Source: Candidatus Omnitrophota bacterium
Lineage (GTDB): Bacteria > Omnitrophota > Gorgyraeia > Aquiviventales > Aquiviventaceae
Direction of reading: 5' to 3'
DNA length: 64,000 bases
NCBI GenBank assembly: GCA_016198905.1
Contig: JACQHR010000011.1
Coordinates: 7,427 to 71,426 of the forward strand
Shown here in pieces: positions 46,905 to 55,965 of the stretch. The translations under genes and the position numbers were made by a program. How positions within the stretch are numbered: position 1 is the stretch's first letter; each line of letters starts with the position of its first letter. The notes beneath the pieces are model-generated. The model was given only the letters and a program-made list of their open reading frames with translations, did no database searches and was not told where the DNA came from.

Positions 46905-46947
46905 GACTTGCCTTCCTTCTGTCCCCCTGTGCGTCCATCAAAAAATA

Positions 46948-47021
46948 TCGGGGCGCTGGGATTTGAACCCAGGATCTCGTGAACCCCATTCACGCGCGAT
47001 ACCAAGCTTCGCTACGCCCCG
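46948..47021 (-). tRNA. tRNA-Pro (anticodon GGG)
   Basis: Hand-folded cloverleaf: CGGGGCG acceptor, GCGA/TCGC D-stem, CGTGA-ATGGGGT-TCACG anticodon arm, CTGGG-TTCAAAT-CCCAG T-arm. Confidence 0.9.
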
Positions 47022-47357
47022 ATGATAGGCTCGGCCAGGCCACCCCATTTGCCTCGTTTCGCTTGACATTCCTTCGCTTTCCCCAAAAACACAACCCGAA
47101 CGCTCACAATACGCTCGGAAACATTCGGTGACATGCCGTCAGGGGAGTTCCAGCCTAGCAGGGCGCGTCATACCTGTCAACCGACAGCCTGCATCGATCG
47201 CACGAAGGATCATTCCTTGTGGCGGGCCCTGTCAAGGGATGCCCTCCGCGGACCGCTCGGCGCGTCCCGCCGAGCCGCGCCTTCGTCCCTCGACTCCGCT
47301 CGGGACGAAGCCCTACGCGAACATTGCAGGGCTTCGCTCGGCCTCCGGGGCTCCCTC

Positions 47358-47404
47358 CCCAGCACTAATTTTCTGCCATTAGCTGCTGGAAAATTAGTGC
47401 TGGG
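47358..47404. repeat. Perfect 16-bp-arm AT-rich palindrome
   Basis: CCCAGCACTAATTTTC - 15 nt - GAAAATTAGTGCTGGG. The loop (TGCCATTAGCTGCTG) carries a third, imperfect copy of the arm. Confidence 0.9.
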
Positions 47405-47481
47405 TCCGTGGCCGGTCACCCCTCCGGACGTCCGCTCCGGGTATCCCTTGCCACCCGCCAAGTCGACGACTACGACGCGCT

Positions 47482-47625
47482 GGCATGGTCGGTTTGGCGG
47501 GTGACGCGCAGCCAGGTCCCCTGCGTCCACCCGGAGTTGCCGGTCGCCGCAGGCGGCGGCGGTACAGCCGCCCGGCGACGAGGACGGACGCATGGTGGCG
47601 CAGCGGCAGGCCCCGCCAACTTGAT
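47482..47625 (+). repeat. Dispersed repeat copy B, split by an ~85-nt insert flanked by GCGCAGC
   Basis: GGCATGGTCGGTTTGGCGGGTGACGCGCAGC (47482-47512) and GCGCAGCGGCAGGCCCCGCCAACTTGATC (47598-47625) match the cusC-leader copy in inverse orientation. Confidence 0.8.
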
Positions 47626-47628
47626 CCA

Positions 47629-48657
47629 TCACATCGATACTGACGGAACACTAGAACCGGTTTCCGATTTTCCGGCTCGACGCATGAGCGCCCGGAGCGC
47701 ATGTCTCGGTACGCGACGGTGGAATAAGATCGCGTGAACCTGTTCGATAATCGGCAGCTCGACGCGGTGGCGCCGGCCAAGCACCACAGCCGCTTTGGCG
47801 GTTTCCACCCCTTCGATGACCATGGGCGTTGAACGCAACACGTAAGCCAGCGAACGCCCTCGTCCGAGCTGTTCGCCGAGCCAATGATTCCGTCCGGAAA
47901 GACAGGTCGTGACAAGATCGCCCAGCCCGCTCAGTCCCCAGAACGTGTCTTCCTTCGCTCCCATGGCGACGCCCAGCCGCGCCATTTCCACGATCCCGCG
48001 GGTGACCAGGGCTGCCTTTGCGTTCGATCCGAATCCCAAACCATCCGCAATGCCCGCGGCGATGGCGATGGGATTTTTCAGCGCACCGCCGAGTTGCACA
48101 CCGAGGAGGTCTCGCGAGGTATAGAGCCGAAAGGTCTCGCTCATCAGCGCGCGCTGCACCTCGTGCGCCACGTGGAGGTCTCGCGCGGCGACGACGGAAC
48201 TGGCCGGTTGTCCCTTGGCGATCTCGGAGGAAATATTCGGGCCGGAGAGGATGGCGAGCTTCACCGCGCCGAGCTCTTCGGTGATGACGGTGGACATGAG
48301 TTTGAGGCTGCCCCGCTCGATGCCCTTGGCGACGCTGACGATTCGCGAGGTGCTCCGGGGCAGTCGCGCGACGCGGCGCACCACGGCACGTAAATACTGA
48401 GATGGAACCGCAAGGATTGCGAGATCCGCCCCTGCCCATGCCTCGGCAAGATCAGCCGTGATCCGAATGCGTGCGGGGATGCGGATGCCCGGAAGGAAGC
48501 GAGGATTTTGACGTCGATGATCCAGCACGCGGACGTAATCGGCAAACGCGCCCCAGAGCGTGACGCGATGTCCCAGACGATAGCTGTGAATGGCGAGCGT
48601 CGTGCCCCATCCACCGTCGCCGAGTACGACGATGTGTCGATGCGTCGATGCTCTCAT
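47629..48657 (-). CDS. gpsA: NAD(P)H-dependent glycerol-3-phosphate dehydrogenase
   Basis: Start MRASTHRHIVVLGDGGWGTTLA at 48657. GALKNPIAIAAG motif. Confidence 0.9.
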   Translation of the reverse strand: MRASTHRHIVVLGDGGWGTTLAIHSYRLGHRVTLWGAFADYVRVLDHRRQNPRFLPGIRIPARIRITADLAEAWAGADLAILAVPSQYLRAVVRRVARLPRSTSRIVSVAKGIERGSLKLMSTVITEELGAVKLAILSGPNISSEIAKGQPASSVVAARDLHVAHEVQRALMSETFRLYTSRDLLGVQLGGALKNPIAIAAGIADGLGFGSNAKAALVTRGIVEMARLGVAMGAKEDTFWGLSGLGDLVTTCLSGRNHWLGEQLGRGRSLAYVLRSTPMVIEGVETAKAAVVLGRRHRVELPIIEQVHAILFHRRVPRHALRALMRRAGKSETGSSVPSVSM

Positions 48658-48723
48658 GGCGCCAACTTTAACACAGCGATGGGAGGGCGTCAACGAACCA
48701 TCGGAAGGACGAGCGTGCGTGGG

Positions 48724-49326
48724 TTATTCCGAGGCGGCGTCGTGCTCGTGTTGCTGCAGCACTTGCAGCAACCGTTCCCGCTCGACCGGGTCGGTGAGAC
48801 CGGCGATGTCGGAAACGATCTGATCGCGCGCGCGCAAGTCTTCGACTGTGGCGGCCGACCCGAGATTCAACATCTCAATGCGGCTCTGCAGATCGCCGTT
48901 GGAGCTCTCCGGTTCCGGCGCCAGAGTCATCGACGTACGCGATGGAAGCGGGGCTCCTCCAAGCTGAGCCAGGCGCTCATTCAGCACCTGCTCGAGATGG
49001 GCTTGCTCCTCCTCATCATCGAGCTCCTGGATGGCGAAGGTAATGTCGTTGACCTTGCCTGTCTCGATGGGAACGTGCAACTGCTGAATCAAGCGTTCGA
49101 TGTTCGCGGTAGAAAGCTCCGGGTTATCAGGCATGGCGTCATCCGGCGACGCCATTTGGGGTTCTGCGGGGATGGGAAAGGCTTCCTCCGTCGCTGCGGC
49201 GACTGCGCGATGCCCAACCATAGCGCCGAAGATTAGCGCGACTAACGTCAATCGCTTGAGTGCGTTCATGGCAGTTACGATCATCTGAGGAAGTATGACC
49301 GGCAGCTCCAGCGCTGTCAAGATCAT
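48724..49326 (-). CDS. Hypothetical secreted acidic protein
   Basis: 200 aa with a signal-like LTLVALIFGAMVG and an acidic helical remainder. Confidence 0.45.
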   Translation of the reverse strand: MILTALELPVILPQMIVTAMNALKRLTLVALIFGAMVGHRAVAAATEEAFPIPAEPQMASPDDAMPDNPELSTANIERLIQQLHVPIETGKVNDITFAIQELDDEEEQAHLEQVLNERLAQLGGAPLPSRTSMTLAPEPESSNGDLQSRIEMLNLGSAATVEDLRARDQIVSDIAGLTDPVERERLLQVLQQHEHDAASE

Positions 49327-49330
49327 GCCA

Positions 49331-49789
49331 CTAATGTGCGACGACCTGATACTGATCCGCGCAGTTTGGTGTCACATCATTGGTTATGCGAATGCGCCAG
49401 ACGCCTTTTGGCAACAACTCAGATCTCAAGGAGAACGTGTAGCTTGTGTCTCGGCCGGCTTCAACCCGTGCAGACCACCCACTCTCTGTGGGTGGGATGT
49501 ACTCGGCGACGTGCCAGAAGCACTGTGCTTTCCCTGTTCGATCGCCAACCGCAAGCGCCAGCTGATGCGTGTCCATGTTCACCGTGAAACAGTACGTGTG
49601 GACTTGTCCGTCGCCAATTGGCACGTGGTCACGGCCCCACCAGTCTTCGAAGCCTGCTCGAGCTAGATGCGGCAGCTCCCCCTGTGGACAGGAGCTCGGA
49701 GCGCTCTCAGCGGACGCACGTAACTCCGAGGCGATGAGCCAGTAGAGGAAGGCCATCGCCATGAGCGTGATCCATCGTCTGCCCGACAT
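49331..49789 (-). CDS. Hypothetical secreted beta-rich protein
   Basis: Start MSGRRWITLMAMAFLYWLIA at 49789. The track N-terminal extension (to 49885) is the translated heptamer hairpin. Confidence 0.5.
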   Translation of the reverse strand: MSGRRWITLMAMAFLYWLIASELRASAESAPSSCPQGELPHLARAGFEDWWGRDHVPIGDGQVHTYCFTVNMDTHQLALAVGDRTGKAQCFWHVAEYIPPTESGWSARVEAGRDTSYTFSLRSELLPKGVWRIRITNDVTPNCADQYQVVAH

Positions 49790-49808
49790 GATCGCCCCGC
49801 TATTGTCT

Positions 49809-49876
49809 GGTTCTGGGTTCCGGGTTGTGCGCTCTGGGCGGTCTGGCCCGCAGCCCCGAACCCTGAACCCCGAGCC
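49809..49876. repeat. (GGTTCNG)x3 / (CCNGAAC)x3 heptamer hairpin between two secreted-protein genes
   Basis: GGTTCTGGGTTCCGGGTTGTG .. 24 nt .. CCCCGAACCCTGAACCCCGAGCC. Confidence 0.85.
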
Positions 49877-49884
49877 AACTCTCA

Positions 49885-52017
49885 TTATGGAGCTGTGCCG
49901 AGGTCGTGCATCCAGATCTCAGAGCGCTTGGTGTTCGAATTGTACTCGAACCACACGATCCGTTCGCCGGAGATTTGCCCTGTATAATATTCAGCCATGT
50001 TGGGACGCGTCAGCACTTGCTGTGTCTGTCCGGTGCTGATCCGATACAGGAAGATGCCTGAGCCAGCCGCCCAGATAACTCGATCGCCTGAGATGTCTGC
50101 CCATTTTGCACCACGACTCAAGGGGAGCGGTAAGGCAGGGCGGTTCGGGTTCGAAAAGTCATAGAGCGATACGCTGTTCCCAGCCAGCCAGACCGCGCGG
50201 TTACCGTCAAAGGAAGGCTGCCACGCATTGTTACTGGTCGTCAATGGGATCGGGCTGCATTGGCCCGATCCAGGAATCAGACAGGTAAAGATATTCTTAT
50301 TTGTCGTGCCGCCAATCCTATACGGGAACACTAGGCGGGAGCCCTCCACCTCGACCTCATCGTTGATCGGAAAGCCATCTCTGAAATCCGTCAGTCGTTG
50401 CTCCGGACATTGGTTTGTCCTCGGATCATAGGCGCAGGTGTAGATGTCTTCGGCGGTGTCTTTGTAGCCGTGATCGTTGATGAAAAATGAGTTGCCTAGA
50501 TAAACGATACGGTTCCCCGACATCGTTGGGACGTCCGGGGAACTCCGCGGAGCCGGCAGGATGAGCTGCGGTGGGCAGGTCCCCGCCTCGCGGTTGTAAG
50601 TACAGATATAGAGAGCCTCTACCCCTGTGGGGGCGTTATTGACCCAGACGATGCGGTTGTTGTCGCTGACAAACGGCCGTTCGCCGAAGGCGATTTGGGA
50701 AATCCACATCACGCGTGGCTCGACGGGTCGCTCCGCATCATAGAGGTAGATATCCCCTGGAGTTGCGGGCTGCGAATAGGGTACAAGGTGGCGCGTATCC
50801 CCCCATGCGACGAGTGGGCCATCAATCGACAGGGCTTGCGGGTCGGCACCATCATCGCTGATGCGCTTGGTGCTCGGCGGTCGCGCGACTTGGGGTTGGA
50901 CGGTGACTGTGACGATACGCTGAGCTTTCAGCGCTCCATCGTTGGCCACGATGCGAATCTTATAGAGTCCCGGCGTCGCTGGAAACGTCACCACGGTGTC
51001 ATGGATTCCGGACACGGGAGTGCTCGTGAAGGTTTTCCGTTTGTTCGAAAACGTGACACCCGTGACACCAGCGCACGCAGGACCGCTCTTGCACTTCCAG
51101 ACGCTCACGAGACTAGACTTCGGGTGACCATCATCGGTGATGTTCGCGCTCAGATTGACCGTATTCGTGGGTAACGTGATTGTCTGCTGCCGATATTTTG
51201 GGTTGATCGTCACTGTCGGTGCCGTATTCGGAGGCGTGACGGTGACTTGCACATCATCCTCGGCGTAGAGGCTTCCGTTCGAGGCGCGGATGCGGAACAC
51301 GTAAGTCCCAAGGTCCGTGAAGGTCAGCTGAAGATCCTTTGAAGTTGTGTCTCCTAACTGCACGGAGTTTGGCCCGCTCACCTTGCTCCAGGCGAAAGTG
51401 GTCGCGTTCTGTGCCGTGGCATGCAGGGTGGTGCCGACGGATTGCCCAACTGGCCGTTCCAAGGTCTGGTCCTTCCCCGCGTTCACGGTGGGGGGAGTGG
51501 GAGTCCCGGTGACTGTCACGCTAACGGTCGCAGTCGTTTGCAGCTCTCCATCATTGGCGGTCAGCGCCAAGATATAGGGCTGCGTCCCGGCGGTGGAGAA
51601 TTGAATAGCGTGCGCCCCCCTGGAGTTGGAGAGGGTCTCGAAACACTTGCTGGGATCGTTGGGATAATTGGGATCACAGAAGCGCATAGTCCCCGGCCCA
51701 CTCTGCTTGCTCCAGGTCAAGGTGAAGTTTGCTCCAGGGGGTTTGTCATCACTGACACTGCCATTCAGGTTCACAAATGCGCTTTGCCCGAACGGGATCG
51801 TGGTTTGCTCCACATTCCCGCTGTCCGTTTCGATCCACGCCTTGACGGTGGGAGGCAGGTTTACCGGAACGGGATCATACTGCAGCTCGGCCAGGCCTTG
51901 TCCGTTAAGATCGTCGGCTGCTTGAACAAGAGTGGATCCAGCGGAGAGGCCGATGACGGCGAGACTGATACGAAGAGCGCGAAGAACGTGCGAAGAGTGA
52001 CACGGTCTGCGTCGCAT
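49885..52017 (-). CDS. Secreted protein with PKD/Ig-like repeats and a C-terminal beta-propeller-like repeat region
   Basis: 710 aa with a signal peptide. Repeated W(S)K.SGP..(V/M) Ig/PKD-type units, then recurring G(N/D/E)R(I/V/A)VW blades. Confidence 0.6.
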   Translation of the reverse strand: MRRRPCHSSHVLRALRISLAVIGLSAGSTLVQAADDLNGQGLAELQYDPVPVNLPPTVKAWIETDSGNVEQTTIPFGQSAFVNLNGSVSDDKPPGANFTLTWSKQSGPGTMRFCDPNYPNDPSKCFETLSNSRGAHAIQFSTAGTQPYILALTANDGELQTTATVSVTVTGTPTPPTVNAGKDQTLERPVGQSVGTTLHATAQNATTFAWSKVSGPNSVQLGDTTSKDLQLTFTDLGTYVFRIRASNGSLYAEDDVQVTVTPPNTAPTVTINPKYRQQTITLPTNTVNLSANITDDGHPKSSLVSVWKCKSGPACAGVTGVTFSNKRKTFTSTPVSGIHDTVVTFPATPGLYKIRIVANDGALKAQRIVTVTVQPQVARPPSTKRISDDGADPQALSIDGPLVAWGDTRHLVPYSQPATPGDIYLYDAERPVEPRVMWISQIAFGERPFVSDNNRIVWVNNAPTGVEALYICTYNREAGTCPPQLILPAPRSSPDVPTMSGNRIVYLGNSFFINDHGYKDTAEDIYTCAYDPRTNQCPEQRLTDFRDGFPINDEVEVEGSRLVFPYRIGGTTNKNIFTCLIPGSGQCSPIPLTTSNNAWQPSFDGNRAVWLAGNSVSLYDFSNPNRPALPLPLSRGAKWADISGDRVIWAAGSGIFLYRISTGQTQQVLTRPNMAEYYTGQISGERIVWFEYNSNTKRSEIWMHDLGTAP

Positions 52018-52173
52018 CTATGTGCTTCTCCTCTGATGAATAAAAATGCCGGATTGCTTTTCGGCAACCCGGCGATCCTCAAGGGACCCGTGGCTTTGCG
52101 GCCCTACCTTGCGGTAGGTGTGCCTCCAACCGTTGAAGCGGCTGGGTCCATCGTCGTGCGATGGATTTCTCGT

Positions 52174-52548
52174 CTACCACTGCGTGTCAGAGAGCGCGGC
52201 CTGCCCATCAATATCCATCGAGAGGATATGACGGTAGCCGACGCAAAAGATCGTGCGTTCCCACACGACATAGAAATGTCCGAGCACTTTGTACACGACG
52301 CGTTCCCCTCCGGTATCCGGATTGAGGTCTTTGGTGACGAAGACTTGCCGAGGGGACACGGGGTCGAGGTTCTTGGCCCACGCGATCGAATCGCACATGG
52401 AAGGCAGGACGGTCTGCGATTTCACACGGTAGGTGCAGCGGCGCAGGACCCGGGTGGTGTACTCGCCTTGCTGCACGTGCTCGCTGACGACGCAGTCTCG
52501 TTTGAGCCAATCCGAGGACGTCAAGTTGCGGACGACGATATCTCTCAT
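52174..52548 (-). CDS. Hypothetical protein, second gene of an ATGA-coupled pair
   Basis: 124 aa from ATG 52548 (MRDIVVRNLTSSDW..). The upstream part of the 249-aa track ORF is Arg/Ala-rich and looks like a wrong-frame read-through. Confidence 0.5.
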   Translation of the reverse strand: MRDIVVRNLTSSDWLKRDCVVSEHVQQGEYTTRVLRRCTYRVKSQTVLPSMCDSIAWAKNLDPVSPRQVFVTKDLNPDTGGERVVYKVLGHFYVVWERTIFCVGYRHILSMDIDGQAALSDTQW

Positions 52549-52865
52549 GGGCTCTGATCCTGAAAGGAGAGGTCGCACTGAAAGTCTTCGTTCAACCGGT
52601 GCAGCTCGAAGGCGAGCATCACGAGCCGCAGCTTCAGCGTGGAGGTGTGTGTCTTCTTCCAAGAGGAATAGACATCGAGGAACGCATCCAACGTGCGTTC
52701 GAAGCCCAGCTTTCGTTCGTACACTTCGAGCTCTTTCAAGAAGCGTTTGAACCGCGCTTCGGACACTTCGTACGCGCTGGGTGTGGCTTTGATATGCATC
52801 GGTCGCTGAAACATCGCTGTTGGCTCCACGCTCCACCTCATATGGAAGCGAAATGGCCGAACCAC
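52545..52865 (-). CDS. Hypothetical helical protein, first gene of the ATGA-coupled pair
   Basis: 106 aa from GTG 52865. An alternative ATG at 52814 (MFQRPMHIK) has GGAG upstream. K/E/F-rich coding-like composition. The stop overlaps the next start (ATGA at 52545-52548). Confidence 0.45.
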   Translation of the reverse strand: MVRPFRFHMRWSVEPTAMFQRPMHIKATPSAYEVSEARFKRFLKELEVYERKLGFERTLDAFLDVYSSWKKTHTSTLKLRLVMLAFELHRLNEDFQCDLSFQDQSP

Positions 52866-53025
52866 CTAATATGGCAGCCCGGCCTGCGTTCGTTGCACTA
52901 TCGGGCTGAGGGACCCGCATCAACTATTATCAACTAATATCTTTATATTACGTTTTAAAAGTATCATATATAGTAAGCAGAATACAAGGGTGCCAGAATT
53001 ATTTCCTCAAGGGAAGCTCAACGAC

Positions 53026-55965
53026 TTAGCGGGTCTGGAAGGCGAATGGGCAGATGGTCTGGAACGCGCACCAGTGGCAGGCAAATTCCTGTGGTGTGGC
53101 TTCGAAGGCACGAGCACGAATCCCCTGCCCGGCCTCTTGGAGCACCTGTTTGGCCCGATCAAGATCATCTTCGTCGAACACGGCTCGTCCCGTCACCCCT
53201 GTTTCCAAAAAGCGAAGTTCGACGCGAGCGGGGAGCTCTCCATGAAGCGTGCGCCACGCCAGCGCATAGATGAGCAGCTGAAGGGACTCTTTCGCGCGCC
53301 GATCGGCGGCAGCTTGATCGCGCACCTCTGAGGATTTGTAGTCAATGATCACCACATCGTTGCCTTCGCGGTCGACGCGGTCCCAGCGGCCGACAACCAG
53401 GAGATCGTCGAGCAAGAACCTGAACTTTTCTTCGATGAGCAGCGGCGTTTCAGGAGCCTCCTGCTGTTGCGCATAAAACCGCTCGAGCGTGGCCCGTCCT
53501 TGCGCGCGCCGCAGCGTTTCATGTTCGCGCGTGAGAAATCCCTCCGCGTTCCACGACTGATCGAACACGGCCAGAAGCTCCTCCTTCGTCATCGGCTGGG
53601 CGTGGAGCCGGCGCCGGAAAAACAGCTCGACGGCTTTGTGCAGCGCGGCTCCATACGCGACCAGATGGTGCCGCATCACGGGAATGCGCAGCACATGACT
53701 GTACCGGTACTTGAGGGGACAGGTGCGGTAGTCGTCGATTCCATGCGCGTCGACCCGCAAGACTCTCTTGGACGTGGGCGTCTCTCTGACAGGCAGTGGC
53801 GCCTGGAGCGCCGAGCGGTTGATCAATTCGCGCGCGGTCGCCTTCTTCGCGGGAGGACTTGGCGCGGCAAGATCCAGCGCTTCGAGGACGAATTGGCTGA
53901 CCTTTCGCATGCTCTTGCCGCCATGATCATAGGCGCAGGTCAGGTGCAGCTCGTCTTTTGCGCGCGTCATGCCGACATAAAAGAGGCGGCGCTCTTCTTG
54001 CAAATGGTAGTCGCCCATCGGGAGAATGTCTTTGATGAGCGGTTCGGGCAATTCGATGAGCTCTCGACGCTGCGGGGTGGGAAACCGTCCCTGCACCAAG
54101 CCGACCAGAAAGACCACCGGGAACTCCAAGCCTTTCGCCTTATGGAGGGTCAGCACGCTCACCCGGTCAGCCCAGACGTCATCGTCCTCGAACGGCTCAT
54201 TCCCCAGCGCCTGAAACAGCTCCAGATGCCGGACCACCTCCGGCAGCGAAGAACCCGCAAGCTCTTCGAGCCGCCGCAGATGGTGAAAAAACCTCGCAAT
54301 GGTTTGAAGCCGCGCGCCGTCCCCCAGCTCATCGGCCCGGCTCAGCGCGGCCAGCAGCCCTCGATCCGTCAGCCAACGGTACAGGAGCTGCCCGCTGGAA
54401 TGCGTCCGGGCCAGCTCGAGCAACCGGCCGACGTCGCCCAGGAGGGCCAGCAGGCTCTCCCGACCGGCCGGTGAAAGCGTGTCGAGGAACGCCGGGTCTG
54501 TGGCGAGCTGCTCCAATACCGCGCGCAGACTCTGATGGGTCTTGGCGGCATGGGCCAGCACGCCTGTCAGGTCCTGCATGGGGCACGTGTACAGCGGGGA
54601 GCTGGCCACGTGGTACCAGCTGAGACTGTCATCAGGATCGGCGAGCGTTTTGATGCAGGACAGCAACAGCTTGCTCTCCTCGCGGGCAAACAGGCCGCTC
54701 GCTCCGCTGAACTGCCACGGCACGCCGGCGACGTTGAGCGCGCGCAGGAACAGATCCGCCTCGCGATTGGACCGCACAAGAATGGCATGATCACCCGCTC
54801 GCCGGGCACCGGCTTCAATGGCCTGCCGAATGGTCCGCGCCACCCAATCGGCCTCGCTGGACGCCGTGTCAAACACGTGAAATTGCGGCGGATCCTGCCG
54901 CGCGCTCGCGCGGGCGACGAGGCGCTTATCGATGCCCTGGCGGCACTCCAGGCGGTCAGGATCGTTGAACCGGATGAGCCGGTACGCGCAGTCCAAGAGA
55001 GGCTGCGGCGAGCGGAAGTTTTCCGTCAAGACCACCGTCTGCACCTGCGCGTAGTGCTCGAGGAATTTGACGACGTTGCTGATCGCCGCTCCTCGCCATT
55101 TATAGATGCTTTGATCGTCGTCCGCGACCACGGTCACGTTATCAGTGGGGGCGGCCAACAGTTGCAGCAGGCGAAACTGCGCGTAATTGGTATCCTGGAA
55201 CTCATCCACGAGGACATAGCGGATCTGCGACTTGACGGCGGCAAGAATGTCGGGGTGGCGCTCAAGCAACTGGATGGCCAGCAGCACTTGATCGCCGAAA
55301 TCGACGAGGTCGTGCTGTGCGAGCAGCTCCTCATAGGCCGCATACACCTGAGCCAGCTCCCGTATGCGACTGGCCTGTGTGCGTGTGGCCTCACCGGGTG
55401 CTCCGGCGGCGTCAGCGCGCGCAAGACGCTGCGCGTACGCAAGAAACTCGTCGGGTCCCACCGCCTCATCCTTCGCGCGGGAGAAGACGCTGGTGATGAC
55501 TTCGAGAAAGCGTGTGGGGTCGGTCAGTGGCCGCAACTCCTGCAGGGGCAGCTCGAAGAGATGTTGGCGCAGGAAGACCAGCTGCTCGGCCTTTGAGAGG
55601 ACGCGAAACTGCGAGGAGCGCCCGCTCTTCAACGCATACTCACGCAGCAGCCCATCCCCGAAGGCATGAAACGTCTTGAGGGCCACGTCGACGTAGCCGT
55701 ACGGCAAGAGCAGATCGACGCGCTCCTCCATCTCCGCCGCGGCTTTTTCGGTGAAGGTTAGGGCGAGGATGTCATCCGGGCGGGCGCGCTGTGTCGCAAT
55801 GAGCCATGCGATGCGGCGCGTGATGACGGTGGTTTTCCCCGTTCCCGCCCCCGCGATGATGAGGAGCGGGCCCTGCTCATGCAGGATGGCGTCACGCTGG
55901 GTTGGGGTGAGCTCGTCGAGCAGCAGCTCGCCGGGAGGGACGAGGGTATCAGAACGAGTCGTCAG
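53026..55965 (-). CDS. UvrD/PcrA-type helicase fused to a C-terminal Cas4/AddB-like PD-(D/E)XK nuclease with a Cys cluster
   Basis: The track starts at 55731 (MEERV). The same frame stays open upstream and encodes LDELTPTQRDAILHEQGPLLIIAGAGTGKT (Walker A). No ATG/GTG/TTG is available, so the start is probably CTG 55965, overlapping the upstream stop. The C-terminus has CPLKYRY, IDYK and CHWCAFQTICP. Confidence 0.8.
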   Translation of the reverse strand: MTTRSDTLVPPGELLLDELTPTQRDAILHEQGPLLIIAGAGTGKTTVITRRIAWLIATQRARPDDILALTFTEKAAAEMEERVDLLLPYGYVDVALKTFHAFGDGLLREYALKSGRSSQFRVLSKAEQLVFLRQHLFELPLQELRPLTDPTRFLEVITSVFSRAKDEAVGPDEFLAYAQRLARADAAGAPGEATRTQASRIRELAQVYAAYEELLAQHDLVDFGDQVLLAIQLLERHPDILAAVKSQIRYVLVDEFQDTNYAQFRLLQLLAAPTDNVTVVADDDQSIYKWRGAAISNVVKFLEHYAQVQTVVLTENFRSPQPLLDCAYRLIRFNDPDRLECRQGIDKRLVARASARQDPPQFHVFDTASSEADWVARTIRQAIEAGARRAGDHAILVRSNREADLFLRALNVAGVPWQFSGASGLFAREESKLLLSCIKTLADPDDSLSWYHVASSPLYTCPMQDLTGVLAHAAKTHQSLRAVLEQLATDPAFLDTLSPAGRESLLALLGDVGRLLELARTHSSGQLLYRWLTDRGLLAALSRADELGDGARLQTIARFFHHLRRLEELAGSSLPEVVRHLELFQALGNEPFEDDDVWADRVSVLTLHKAKGLEFPVVFLVGLVQGRFPTPQRRELIELPEPLIKDILPMGDYHLQEERRLFYVGMTRAKDELHLTCAYDHGGKSMRKVSQFVLEALDLAAPSPPAKKATARELINRSALQAPLPVRETPTSKRVLRVDAHGIDDYRTCPLKYRYSHVLRIPVMRHHLVAYGAALHKAVELFFRRRLHAQPMTKEELLAVFDQSWNAEGFLTREHETLRRAQGRATLERFYAQQQEAPETPLLIEEKFRFLLDDLLVVGRWDRVDREGNDVVIIDYKSSEVRDQAAADRRAKESLQLLIYALAWRTLHGELPARVELRFLETGVTGRAVFDEDDLDRAKQVLQEAGQGIRARAFEATPQEFACHWCAFQTICPFAFQTR

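Noticed and set aside
47358-47404. A second CIRCE element, suggested by AGCACTAA / TTAGTGCT half-sites.
   Set aside because: The half-site order and sequence differ from TTAGCACTC-N9-GAGTGCTAA (GTGC versus GCAC orientation, 15-nt spacer). No chaperone gene is adjacent.
52977-52995. A sigma-54 promoter (TGGCAC on the minus strand) in front of the small two-gene cassette.
   Set aside because: The spacing from the GG to any TGC/TTGC element is wrong (3 nt too short or 4 nt too long), and no enhancer-binding-protein gene is nearby.
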